A DNA stretch of 32,000 bases from Candidatus Bathyarchaeota archaeon (GTDB lineage: Archaea > Thermoproteota > Bathyarchaeia > JAPDIZ01), in NCBI GenBank assembly GCA_029259355.1, contig JAPDIZ010000003.1, forward strand, positions 1,272-33,271, written 5' to 3'. The position numbers and the translations under genes are program-made. Under the pieces are notes generated by a model. That model was not told the origin of the DNA and did no database searches. It was given only the letters and a program-made list of their open reading frames with translations. Shown piece by piece: positions 8,736-16,396 of this stretch; the stretch's first letter is position 1, and every line of letters begins with the position of its first letter.

Positions 8736-8996
8736 TTACGCCCAATCAAATTCCACGACACCCATTATCCTAAGCGCATCAAGAAGCCCTTCGCTGTAGG
8801 ACACCGTTGCCAAAGCCGTCTCCAAGTCGCCCTTCTCCCGGTAGTACCTAGCGTCTTCCCAGTACATCCTTGCTAGCTCCAGCACGTAGGCTGCTTTTGA
8901 GCTCTCTATAGCTAGGTTGAGACTTTGTCCTTCAACCGCTCTGAGCGCAGCCTCTACTTTAGCTATGTACTTCTCAACCCTCTCCTCAAGGTTCAC
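8736..8996 (-). CDS. DUF357-family small helical protein
   Basis: 86-aa ORF. ARMYWEDARYYREKGDLETALATVSYSEGLLDALRIMG resembles the conserved core of archaeal DUF357 proteins (from memory). Confidence 0.55.
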   Translation of the reverse strand: MNLEERVEKYIAKVEAALRAVEGQSLNLAIESSKAAYVLELARMYWEDARYYREKGDLETALATVSYSEGLLDALRIMGVVEFDWA

Positions 8997-8999
8997 GCA

Positions 9000-9782
9000 C
9001 TACTCCCCCAAACCAGCGAAAAGCTCCAAAGCCCTCCTCTCCATAAAGTGTAGAGCTCCAGGTATTACGAGAGCATAGGGAGGGTTGGGGAAGGGGTAAG
9101 TTGCGAGGTCTCGTAAGGCTCCAGCCTTGATCACTCCATCAGGTGAGCCAATCCTCGCTAAGCCCACCCCCAAGGTCGATTCTCCAACCACGCCTCTCCC
9201 GTTTAGCGACTCAAGCTGCAGCAGTATGTGAACTGCATCTCTGATCGTCATGTACTTGCCCGCCTCCGCTTTGATGTCTAGCAGGAAGAGGGTGTGCAGT
9301 CCTCTCTTGGAATTCTCTTCAAGAACCTCGTATGGCGTATTGGATAGCTTTCCCCCTTCGGGAAAGGTGATGGTGACAGATCTCCCGAACTTGTAGGGCT
9401 GAAGCCCGGTGGCGCTAGGTGCTGCGGAAAATATGGATGCAGCGTGAACGACCTCTGTTCGAATGCCCATCTCTTCAGCTTCTATGCGTAGGGCAACATG
9501 CGTTGTAGCGAGCATAGGGTCTCCAGGCACCAAAAGAGCAACCGAGCGCTTCTTAGCCTCAGCCAGTATGGTTTCGCGAGCCTTCTCCTCCAAATCGCTT
9601 CTGCTCAAAACCTCGACCTTCTTCCCCAGCAGCTTTTCGAGCCTCTCCACCGAGAGATGTGGGATGTAGCTTGTGTACAGCTCAGCGTAGATGCGGTCTA
9701 CGCTTTTGAGGATGTCTATGCTTCTCAGCGAGAGGTCGAGCTCGTCGCATAGCCCCATACCTACGAAGACCAAAAAACCCAT
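9000..9782 (-). CDS. dphB: Diphthine synthase
   Basis: 260 aa. The N-terminus LVFVGMGLCDELDLSLRSIDILKSVDRIYAELYTS and the block LVPGDPMLATTH are typical of Dph5/DphB tetrapyrrole-methylase-fold enzymes. Confidence 0.9.
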   Translation of the reverse strand: MGFLVFVGMGLCDELDLSLRSIDILKSVDRIYAELYTSYIPHLSVERLEKLLGKKVEVLSRSDLEEKARETILAEAKKRSVALLVPGDPMLATTHVALRIEAEEMGIRTEVVHAASIFSAAPSATGLQPYKFGRSVTITFPEGGKLSNTPYEVLEENSKRGLHTLFLLDIKAEAGKYMTIRDAVHILLQLESLNGRGVVGESTLGVGLARIGSPDGVIKAGALRDLATYPFPNPPYALVIPGALHFMERRALELFAGLGE

Positions 9783-9825
9783 GTAAACAATCCTCCAGCC
9801 ATTGCCTCATTGTTTAGAAGAAAAA

Positions 9826-9924
9826 TGGCGGGCCCGGCGGGATTTGAACCCGCGACCAACAGGTTAAGAGCCTGCCGCTCTACCTGGCTGAGCCTCCCGG
9901 CCCATTATATGGGCTTACGGGCCC
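9826..9924 (-). tRNA. tRNA-Lys (anticodon CUU) with a ~22-nt non-canonical intron near positions 8/9-10 and a genome-encoded CCA
   Basis: Minus-strand RNA: GGGCCCGUA[AGCCCAUAUAAUGGGCCGGGAG]GCUCAGCCAGGUAGAGCGGCAGGCUCUUAACCUGUUGGUCGCGGGUUCAAAUCCCGCCGGGCCCGCCA. Removing the bracketed 22 nt (approx. 9894-9915, boundary ambiguous by 1-2 nt) gives a perfect 77-nt cloverleaf. It has a 7-bp acceptor stem, D arm GCUC/GAGC, anticodon stem GCAGG/CCUGU, loop CUCUUAA and T arm GCGGG-UUCAAAU-CCCGC. Confidence 0.75.
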
Positions 9925-10011
9925 CTAGGCTTAAGCGGCAGGCATATTACCGCATCTTTGCATAGCAACTTCCTCGGCTATATATGTGTTGCCTACTGGG
10001 TGGTGCGGTAG

Positions 10012-11076
10012 TTGGCTATTCCGCACCTCAGAGTTCGCAAAGCTCTTGCGCAGAGAGCTTTGACGGTTGTAAAGAGGCTTGGGTTGCTCAGCGTGGAGCA
10101 CAGAGTACTACGAAACAGCGAACACCTCTTCATCCCGCTTACAAGAGGGCTGAGCGAGCGTGAGATGCATCTAGTTGGGGGGGAAGTCGGCGAGTTTGGA
10201 ATCGATTTTCGCGAGGGTGTTTTGAGGAGGAAGAGGCCAAGAGACCTCGTTGAGGCTTTGGAAGATAAGCTCCCGCCATACCTGCTCTCGATGCTTCCAA
10301 AGTCCTATGACTTAATTGGAGACATTGCGATAGTTGAGGTCCCCTCCGAACTCGAGCCCTACAAGCGTGACATCGGTGAAGCGCTGCTTAGGATACATCC
10401 TCACATTAGGCTTGTTCTGCGCAAAGCAAGCGCTGTCTCAGGCGTCTACAGAACCAGAGACTACGAAGTCCTCGTGGGCTCGGGGAGTACGGAGACGCTT
10501 CATAAAGAATACGGAATCAGCCTCCTCCTAGACACCTCTAGAGTATACTTCAGCCCAAGGCTTGCTTACGAGCGCCAAAGAGTAGCGTCTCTCGTTAAAG
10601 AAGGGGAGGTGGTGGTAGACATGTTTGCTGGGGTAGGCCCCTTCGCTATACACATCGCTAAGCGCGTGCCGAGAGTCTTGGTCTACGCCATCGACATAAA
10701 CCCCGACGCATACCACTACCTCTTGAGGAACATAGAGCTCAACCGCGTTCAGGCTAAGGTAAAGCCGATGCTGGGCGACTGCAGGGAGATGATTGATAGG
10801 GCTTTGGTCGGGAGAGCAGATCGAGTTGTTATGAACCTACCTGAGAAAGCTGAGGAGTATTTGCCTTGGGCTTGTAGAGCGCTCAAGGCTGAGGGAGGAG
10901 TGATACACTTCTACTGCTTCTCCGAGGAGCCAGAAGCTGTTGAGAAAGCAGTTGAGAGAGCCCTCGCTGGAGTTGAGAGAGGGGGGAGATCTGTTATGGA
11001 AGTTCTTGCGAAGCGAAGGGTTAAGGCCGTTGCTCCATACCAATGGCAGATCGGCCTAGACCTCATGGTCGCTTAG
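10012..11076 (+). CDS. trm5: tRNA (guanine37-N1)-methyltransferase Trm5 family
   Basis: The class I SAM-MTase core VVDMFAGVGPFAIHIAK...VYAIDINPDAYHYLLRNIELN...NLP, and the domain order, are typical of archaeal Trm5/Taw22. TTG start. Confidence 0.85.
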   Translation: MAIPHLRVRKALAQRALTVVKRLGLLSVEHRVLRNSEHLFIPLTRGLSEREMHLVGGEVGEFGIDFREGVLRRKRPRDLVEALEDKLPPYLLSMLPKSYDLIGDIAIVEVPSELEPYKRDIGEALLRIHPHIRLVLRKASAVSGVYRTRDYEVLVGSGSTETLHKEYGISLLLDTSRVYFSPRLAYERQRVASLVKEGEVVVDMFAGVGPFAIHIAKRVPRVLVYAIDINPDAYHYLLRNIELNRVQAKVKPMLGDCREMIDRALVGRADRVVMNLPEKAEEYLPWACRALKAEGGVIHFYCFSEEPEAVEKAVERALAGVERGGRSVMEVLAKRRVKAVAPYQWQIGLDLMVA

Positions 11077-11499
11077 GCAGAAGGCCCTCAAGACGACGCG
11101 TGCGCAGTTGCGTGGGTTTTGGAGAAAGCCAACGAGCTTGCGAGAGATGTCTTTAGCTGCTTTGTCAGCAGCTACCATGAGGGTTTTATCACAGACATAC
11201 CTACTTCTACGCGCAATAATCCTTACTGAGTCGTTGAGCGTGATCTTTGGGTGGCCCCACCCCCAGACCTCCTCCACTACGCCTCCTCCTTTGATTTGCA
11301 GCAATATCCTCGTATTGCTTCTCCTAGCAAGCTTCCTAAAACGCTCTCCAAAGTCGGACCCAGCCTTGGTGGCTCTAACACCGATTATGCAGTCGCCGCG
11401 AGGCGTTAGCCAATCCTCTTTGGTGATCTCAAGAGTTGTAGGGTGTGTTGCCCTGACATTGGGGTGACCCCAGATATATAGCTCCTCCTCCGCATACAT
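11056..11499 (-). CDS. DUF371 domain protein
   Basis: The core GHPNVRATHPTTLEITKEDWLTPRGDCIIGVRATKA matches the conserved DUF371 N-terminal motif. I start at the internal ATG 11499. The track's 64-aa N-terminal extension is Ser/Leu/Arg-rich and antisense to pcm. Confidence 0.65.
   Translation of the reverse strand: MYAEEELYIWGHPNVRATHPTTLEITKEDWLTPRGDCIIGVRATKAGSDFGERFRKLARRSNTRILLQIKGGGVVEEVWGWGHPKITLNDSVRIIARRSRYVCDKTLMVAADKAAKDISRKLVGFLQNPRNCARVVLRAFCLSDHEV
11474..11481 (+). promoter_or_regulatory. Candidate pcm TATA box embedded in the DUF371 coding sequence
   Basis: GATATATAGC lies ~45 nt upstream of the pcm TTG, with GAGGGAGAGG just before the start. The divergent spacer itself is only 25 nt. 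Confidence 0.3.
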
Positions 11500-11524
11500 T
11501 GTTGTAGCCCTCAGAGGGAGAGGC

Positions 11525-12211
11525 TTGTCGGAGCACTTCGTAGAGCTTCGCAAAAAACTTGTCGAAGACCTCAAGCGCCGAGGAATTCTCAAGACTCCAG
11601 AGGTAATAAGGGCTATGCTCAGAGTTCCGAGAGAAGAGTTTGTCCCCCAGCACCTAAGGGATATGGCGTACGTCGACACTCCCCTCCCCATAGGCTATGG
11701 GCAGACAATATCAGCGCCGCATATGTGCGCAATGATGAACGAGACGCTGGAGCTAAGCGTTGGGAACAAGGTACTTGAGGTAGGTGCTGGGAGCGGGTAC
11801 CACGCTGCACTGGTTGCTGAGGTAGTTGCTCCAAGCGACGAACCTCCCAAGAGGTGGGGGCACGTATACACCGTGGAGATAGTCCCTGAGCTCGTTAGGT
11901 TTGCTAGACAAAACCTAAAGAAGACGGGGTACAGCAATAGGGTAACCGTTATCGAGGGAGATGGGTCGAAGGGATATCCCCCCAAAGCGCCCTACGACAG
12001 GATATTGGTTACCGCGGCTGCTCCAACCATCCCGCAACCGCTTATCGACCAACTCGCCGTAGGGGGGTTGATGGTCATCCCCGTGGGAACGCTCGGGTTT
12101 TTTCAAGTGCTCAAGCTGGTTGAGAAGGTCGGTGAGAAGGAGGTTAAATCGAAGAGCTTGTGCGAAGTGGCCTTTGTTCCCCTAGTAGGTGAGTGGGGGT
12201 GGAGGGTTTAG
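11525..12211 (+). CDS. pcm: Protein-L-isoaspartate O-methyltransferase
   Basis: The motifs [21 protein letters not shown]...[17 protein letters not shown]...[10 protein letters not shown] are PIMT motifs. TTG start preceded by GAGGGAGAGG. Confidence 0.9.
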   Translation: MSEHFVELRKKLVEDLKRRGILKTPEVIRAMLRVPREEFVPQHLRDMAYVDTPLPIGYGQTISAPHMCAMMNETLELSVGNKVLEVGAGSGYHAALVAEVVAPSDEPPKRWGHVYTVEIVPELVRFARQNLKKTGYSNRVTVIEGDGSKGYPPKAPYDRILVTAAAPTIPQPLIDQLAVGGLMVIPVGTLGFFQVLKLVEKVGEKEVKSKSLCEVAFVPLVGEWGWRV

Positions 12212-13251
12212 CCAAAGAACTGGTCGAGTCTAGATATCTTCTTCTCCTCTTTTCGCTTCTCCTCCTCTTCCAAAACCTCGGTTAGGGCTTTCCTAACTCT
12301 ATCTTCGGAAAAGTCTCTCTCACCACACAAGAACTTCACAACGCCCTCTATGTCTGGAGGCTTCCACTCTATCTTGTAGTCATCGGTTACCTCGGGCTTG
12401 AGAAACATCTCCCTTATCTCAAGGGGGTCTACAGGGAAGGAAGCCCCCTTGAGGGTTGGGAGAACCTTCTCAAGGCTTCCATAGTCACGGATGAGCTTCA
12501 GCGCAGTCTTTGAGCCGACGCCCTTAACCCCCTGTGGGTTGTAGTCAGTCCCCACAAGAATGCCCACGTCCACAAGCTGCTCCCTCGTGATCCTAAGCTG
12601 CCTTAGCACTTCGTTGAGCTCGATGAGCTCGGGCTCTACCTCGATGTACACATCTTTTCTCGGAAGCTTCCTCCTCCCGGTTATCGCCAAGTTCCGAACA
12701 AGCCTTGGAGTGCCGAAGAGCAGCGAGTCGTAGTCTTGGCTGCCCACAGCCCATACATCTCCCTTCATCGCCATATAAGCTGCTTGAGCCTCTCCTTCTG
12801 AGGGTGCTTGAACCCAGGGAACCCCCATCAGCGTAAGCAGCCGCTTAGCGTCCTCGACCATGTAGTCCTTCAGCTGAGCAGTCATTTGCGCATACGTCCT
12901 CGCCGCTTCCAAATCCCCCGCCTTCAGTGCTTCTTCGTACCTCTGCAGAGCCTCTTCCTTTATCTGAGCTCTACGCTTCACCTCAGCTTCTTTGAGGGCG
13001 GGGGGTTGTCCATCGAATACGTAGACCAGCCTTATCCCAAGCTTTAGCATGTTTGCGGTACGGTAGAGAAGCCCGCTCAAGTGGCTCGTTATTCTCCCCG
13101 TCCGATCCATTAGGGGTGTTCCGTCTCTCTGCCTTATGATGGCTAAGAACTGGTATAGGGCGTTGTAAGCGTCTACGGCTATGCTCTTCCCCGATAAGCT
13201 CTCTAGAGAGATCGTTTTCCGGGGAACTATGTCCTTAAGATCTACCCCCAC
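12208..13251 (-). CDS. fen: Flap endonuclease 1
   Basis: MGVDLKDIV...[16 protein letters not shown]...[16 protein letters not shown]...[10 protein letters not shown]...[21 protein letters not shown], plus a C-terminal PIP-like LDQFF. GTG start. Confidence 0.92.
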   Translation of the reverse strand: MGVDLKDIVPRKTISLESLSGKSIAVDAYNALYQFLAIIRQRDGTPLMDRTGRITSHLSGLLYRTANMLKLGIRLVYVFDGQPPALKEAEVKRRAQIKEEALQRYEEALKAGDLEAARTYAQMTAQLKDYMVEDAKRLLTLMGVPWVQAPSEGEAQAAYMAMKGDVWAVGSQDYDSLLFGTPRLVRNLAITGRRKLPRKDVYIEVEPELIELNEVLRQLRITREQLVDVGILVGTDYNPQGVKGVGSKTALKLIRDYGSLEKVLPTLKGASFPVDPLEIREMFLKPEVTDDYKIEWKPPDIEGVVKFLCGERDFSEDRVRKALTEVLEEEEKRKEEKKISRLDQFFG

Positions 13252-13532
13252 TTTGGAGAAGCACGCCCCTTCTTCTCTCCTTCACAAAGCTCTATGCGTC
13301 GCCTATGCTTTTTCTCTCCAAAAACGTGCACAAGCCCCTCTATCTCGAGCTTCATCAGCTCCTTCATAAACTCGGAGAAATCTACCTCCCTCCCATAAAC
13401 CTCTTTGGTCGCTTTGTAGAGCTCCGCATCGGTTAGAGACTTTTTCTTTCGAAGCAGAGCTTCGTAAATGGCTGTGCGGAGGGGGATAGGAGCCCAGAGC
13501 CTCTGCTTTTGGGCGTGAGACAGGAGAACCAC
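13242..13532 (-). CDS. Small hypothetical protein, possibly winged-helix-like, with a basic C-terminus
   Basis: 96-aa ORF packed between the cdc48 stop (2 nt gap) and the fen start (10-nt overlap). No family recognised. [38 protein letters not shown] looks like a wHTH recognition region, and the tail is KKHRRRIE...KKGR. Confidence 0.4.
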   Translation of the reverse strand: MVLLSHAQKQRLWAPIPLRTAIYEALLRKKKSLTDAELYKATKEVYGREVDFSEFMKELMKLEIEGLVHVFGEKKHRRRIELCEGEKKGRASPKWG

Positions 13533-13534
13533 CT

Positions 13535-15724
13535 CTATGCGATGGGTGTTGCTACAGCCTTCTCGAGTCTTCTCTGCGCAAACTGCTGAGCTACAGTCTT
13601 GTACCAGTTCTCCATCTCTGGAGTTATGCTTGGCCTTATAACCTCCATCGCTTTTCTAAAGTCTTCAAAGGCTACAACGGGGTTATTGATATCACGCCTC
13701 AGAGCTGACATACCCGCTTCTCTACACAGCGCCTCTAGGTCCGCCCCCGAGTATCCCTTAGTGAGGTTTGCTATAGCAGATAGCACAACATCTTTTGCAA
13801 GAGGCATATTCTTGGTGTGTATCTTGAGTATTTCCAACCTAGCCTTTTCATCGGGCGGAGGAACGTACACCAATCTGTCAAATCGGCCGGGTCTAAACAC
13901 CGCTGGGTCTATGAGCTCTAGTTTGTTGGTTGCAGCGATAACCACGACGTTTTCGAGGTCCACCAACCCATCTAGCTCGGTGAGTAGCTGGCTTATGACG
14001 CGCTCCGTAACGCCTGAGTCCGCGTAGCCCATTCCTCTCCTTGGTGCGATCGCGTCAAACTCGTCTAAGAACACGATCGATGGAGCCGCAAGCCTAGCTT
14101 TTCTAAACACCTCTCTTATGGCTTTCTCGGACTCGCCTACCCACTTACTGAAGATCTCAGGACCTCTTATGCTTACGAAGTTTGCCTCGCTTTCGGTGGC
14201 AATAGCTTTAGCCAAAAGTGTCTTTCCACAACCCGGAGGACCGTAGAGGAGTACGCCCTTCGGAGGCTTTATCCCGACTTTTTCGAAGGCTTCTGGGCGC
14301 TTGAGAGGCCACTCAACCATCTCCCTCAGCTGCTGCTTCACATCCTCTAGGCCGCCGATATCTTCCCACTTGACAGAGGGTACTTCGATGTAGACTTCCC
14401 TCATCGCTGTTGGAGTGATCTCTCTATAGGCAGCCATAAAGTCCTCCATCTTCACAACCATCGAGTCGAGGATTTCCTGGGGAACTCCCTCGTCTAGGTT
14501 GATGTACTTGGTGTATCTGCGAAGCGCCTTCATAGCAGCTTCTCTGCAGAGAGCAGCCAAGTCAGCGCCAGTGTATCCGTGTGTTATCTCTGCGAGCTTA
14601 GTCAGATCCACGTCCTCTGCGAGAGGCATGCCTCGAGTATGTATCTGCAGGATCTCAAACCTGCTTTGTTTGTCGGGAACCTTGATCTCTATTTCTCGGT
14701 CGAAGCGCCCAGGCCTTCTGAGAGCTGGGTCAAGCATCTGTGGCATGTTGGTTGCGCCAATCACTATCACGTTGCCTCTTGCTTGAAGCCCGTCCATGAG
14801 CGAAAGCAGCTGAGCTACAACTCTGCGCTCAACCTCTCCCGTAACTTCTTCTCGCTTAGGAGCTATCGCGTCTATTTCGTCGATGAATATAATGCTAGGG
14901 GCGTTCTCCTGTGCTTTCTGGAAGATCTCCCTAAGCCTAGCCTCACTCTCTCCATAGAACTTACTCATAATCTCTGGCCCATTTATCGATACGAAGAAGG
15001 CATCGGATTCGTTGGCAACAGCTTTAGCCAAAAGCGTTTTGCCACAGCCTGGAGGACCGTATAAGAGGACTCCCTTAGGAGGCTCTATACCCAGCTTTTG
15101 GAAGAGCTCGGGGTATCTGAGCGGAAGCTCAACCATCTCACGTATGCGCTGAATCTCTTCGTGTAGGCCGCCGATATCTTCGTAGGTCACTCTCGGTATG
15201 CCCCTCTTCATAGATGTCGGCTCCGGCCTAACCTGAAGCTGAGTATCTACGGTTATCTTTACCACACCATGAGGCCTTGTGCGCACTACGGTGAGGGGAA
15301 TTGTGCTACCCAGTATGGTTAGGAAAACCGTATCGCCCTCTACGAGAGGTATCTCAGCTAGCCTGCTCTTCACGAAGTTTATGAAGTCTTGGTCTACGTT
15401 AAGCCTCATATCGATAGGGGCTAGAACTACGTTCTGAGCTTTCTTCAAGTCTGCCTTGGAAACGGTTACGTAGTCGTTTAGAGCAACACCTGCGTTTTTG
15501 CGTATGAGACCGTCTATCCTTATTATGCCCAGCCCCTGATCCTCTGGATAAGCAGGCCAAGCAACCGCAGCGGTCGTGCGCTTCCCCCTAATCTCTATAA
15601 CGTCTCCCGCAGACACGCCTAAGATGGACATGGCCTCGTTGTCTATCCTAGCTTTTCCCCTGCCAACATCTCTCTGCTTAGCTTCAGCTACCCGCAACTG
15701 CACCTCTCTCTTTCGATTCACCAT
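13535..15724 (-). CDS. cdc48: CDC48/VCP-type AAA+ ATPase
   Basis: 729 aa. The N-domain (RLRVAEA...IRGKR) is followed by two AAA modules, each with [13 protein letters not shown] Walker A, a DEID/DEFD Walker B, and SRH regions. Confidence 0.93.
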   Translation of the reverse strand: MVNRKREVQLRVAEAKQRDVGRGKARIDNEAMSILGVSAGDVIEIRGKRTTAAVAWPAYPEDQGLGIIRIDGLIRKNAGVALNDYVTVSKADLKKAQNVVLAPIDMRLNVDQDFINFVKSRLAEIPLVEGDTVFLTILGSTIPLTVVRTRPHGVVKITVDTQLQVRPEPTSMKRGIPRVTYEDIGGLHEEIQRIREMVELPLRYPELFQKLGIEPPKGVLLYGPPGCGKTLLAKAVANESDAFFVSINGPEIMSKFYGESEARLREIFQKAQENAPSIIFIDEIDAIAPKREEVTGEVERRVVAQLLSLMDGLQARGNVIVIGATNMPQMLDPALRRPGRFDREIEIKVPDKQSRFEILQIHTRGMPLAEDVDLTKLAEITHGYTGADLAALCREAAMKALRRYTKYINLDEGVPQEILDSMVVKMEDFMAAYREITPTAMREVYIEVPSVKWEDIGGLEDVKQQLREMVEWPLKRPEAFEKVGIKPPKGVLLYGPPGCGKTLLAKAIATESEANFVSIRGPEIFSKWVGESEKAIREVFRKARLAAPSIVFLDEFDAIAPRRGMGYADSGVTERVISQLLTELDGLVDLENVVVIAATNKLELIDPAVFRPGRFDRLVYVPPPDEKARLEILKIHTKNMPLAKDVVLSAIANLTKGYSGADLEALCREAGMSALRRDINNPVVAFEDFRKAMEVIRPSITPEMENWYKTVAQQFAQRRLEKAVATPIA

Positions 15725-15780
15725 GTCTACTCCTCTAGACAGCAGCGCTTCTCCTACACAAACCCTTCTCTGTGCGAGAT

Positions 15781-15788
15781 GTATTAAA
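15781..15788 (-). promoter_or_regulatory. Candidate cdc48 TATA box
   Basis: The minus strand reads AAAAACATTTAATACAT ~60 nt upstream of the cdc48 ATG. A GAGGAG lies 6-11 nt before the ATG. Confidence 0.4.
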
Positions 15789-15808
15789 TGTTTTTAGTTT
15801 CTTATCGC

Positions 15809-15844
15809 AAAAAAGAAGCTTTTCTAGCCCCAATCCACCAAAAA
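15809..15844 (-). terminator. Oligo-T tracts downstream of the aEF-1beta gene
   Basis: The minus strand has T5 (15840-15844) ~25 nt after the stop and T6 (15809-15814) ~55 nt after it. Oligo-T is the usual archaeal intrinsic termination signal. Confidence 0.3.
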
Positions 15845-15868
15845 TAGGCACTCTGCGTCCTCATTTTG

Positions 15869-16138
15869 CTAAACGCGCCTGACCATGACCGTCTCTATCT
15901 CGCTCACATAGTCGATCTTCCTAATAGATTCCTCGACTGCTTCTAAGTCTCCAAAGCCCTCCTCTGGAAGCACTATTGTAGCGATCAAGGCTTTGAGCCC
16001 AAAGGCTATAGGCTCCTCAGAAAACGCGTGGACGGAGGCGGATGCAGGTAGGCTGTTAGTCACCTTCTGCTTCAGCAGCTCTAGATCTGTGTCCGCTTCC
16101 TTAGGGAATATCTTCACCATCAGGATTATCTTACCCAC
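15869..16138 (-). CDS. Elongation factor 1-beta (aEF-1beta)
   Basis: (V)GKIILMVKIFPKEADTDLELLKQKV...EEPIAFGLKALIATIVLPEEG...ESIRKIDYVSEIETVMVRRV matches aEF-1beta. The GTG at 16138 gives the canonical ~89 aa and sits 10 nt after a GGAGG. The track's longer ORF overlaps the upstream zinc-ribbon gene in another frame. Confidence 0.8.
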   Translation of the reverse strand: MGKIILMVKIFPKEADTDLELLKQKVTNSLPASASVHAFSEEPIAFGLKALIATIVLPEEGFGDLEAVEESIRKIDYVSEIETVMVRRV

Positions 16139-16151
16139 GGCCAAAAACCTC

Positions 16152-16319
16152 CTAGGGCCCGGTAAAGCCACACTTTGGGCACTTATACGGCCTACCAAAC
16201 TTTCGACACAGCTCGCAGCGCCAGATGAGGACCTCTCCGCAGTTGGGGCATGGGAACTTAACCGCGTTCTCATCTGGGAATATTATCTTGTTGCACCAGC
16301 TACACGTTATCATCGACAT
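16152..16319 (-). CDS. 55-aa four-CxxC zinc-ribbon protein (COG2888/DUF1610-like, usual partner of aEF-1beta)
   Basis: Hand translation; the ORF is below the track's size cutoff. Sequence: [55 protein letters not shown]. It has four CxxC pairs and a GGAGCG SD-like sequence upstream. Its stop is followed by the SD of the aEF-1beta gene. Confidence 0.65.
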   Translation of the reverse strand: MSMITCSWCNKIIFPDENAVKFPCPNCGEVLIWRCELCRKFGRPYKCPKCGFTGP

Positions 16320-16377
16320 CTCCGTCGCTCCTTTCAGCTGCGCCCTCGAGGTGGGGGTGTGTTATGACGAGGCTCAA

Positions 16378-16385
16378 TATTTTAA
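16378..16385 (-). promoter_or_regulatory. Candidate TATA box for the zinc-ribbon / aEF-1beta pair
   Basis: The minus strand reads GCTTAAAATATTG ~60 nt upstream of the zinc-ribbon ATG. GAAAGGAGCG lies 7-16 nt upstream of that ATG. Confidence 0.4.
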
Positions 16386-16396
16386 GCGTTTTGTCA

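Noticed and set aside
9894-9924. Imperfect direct repeat of the tRNA-Lys 5' end (GGGCCCGTAAG / GGGCCGGGAGG) as an integration (att) scar
   Set aside because: The copies are only ~21 nt apart and no integrase or foreign DNA flanks them. The intron model yields a perfect cloverleaf, so an att-site remnant is less likely. It is noted in the tRNA finding instead.
11500-11691. 64-codon N-terminal extension of the DUF371 ORF
   Set aside because: The extension is antisense to the pcm 5' region and is Ser/Leu/Arg-rich. The conserved DUF371 N-terminal motif begins right after the internal ATG at 11499.
13599-15064. Several 95-161-aa plus-strand ORFs
   Set aside because: All lie antisense within cdc48, which is unambiguous. 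I treat them as shadow ORFs.
16139-16273. 45-codon N-terminal extension of the aEF-1beta ORF
   Set aside because: It overlaps the four-CxxC zinc-ribbon ORF in another frame. The GTG at 16138, preceded by GGAGG, gives the canonical aEF-1beta length.
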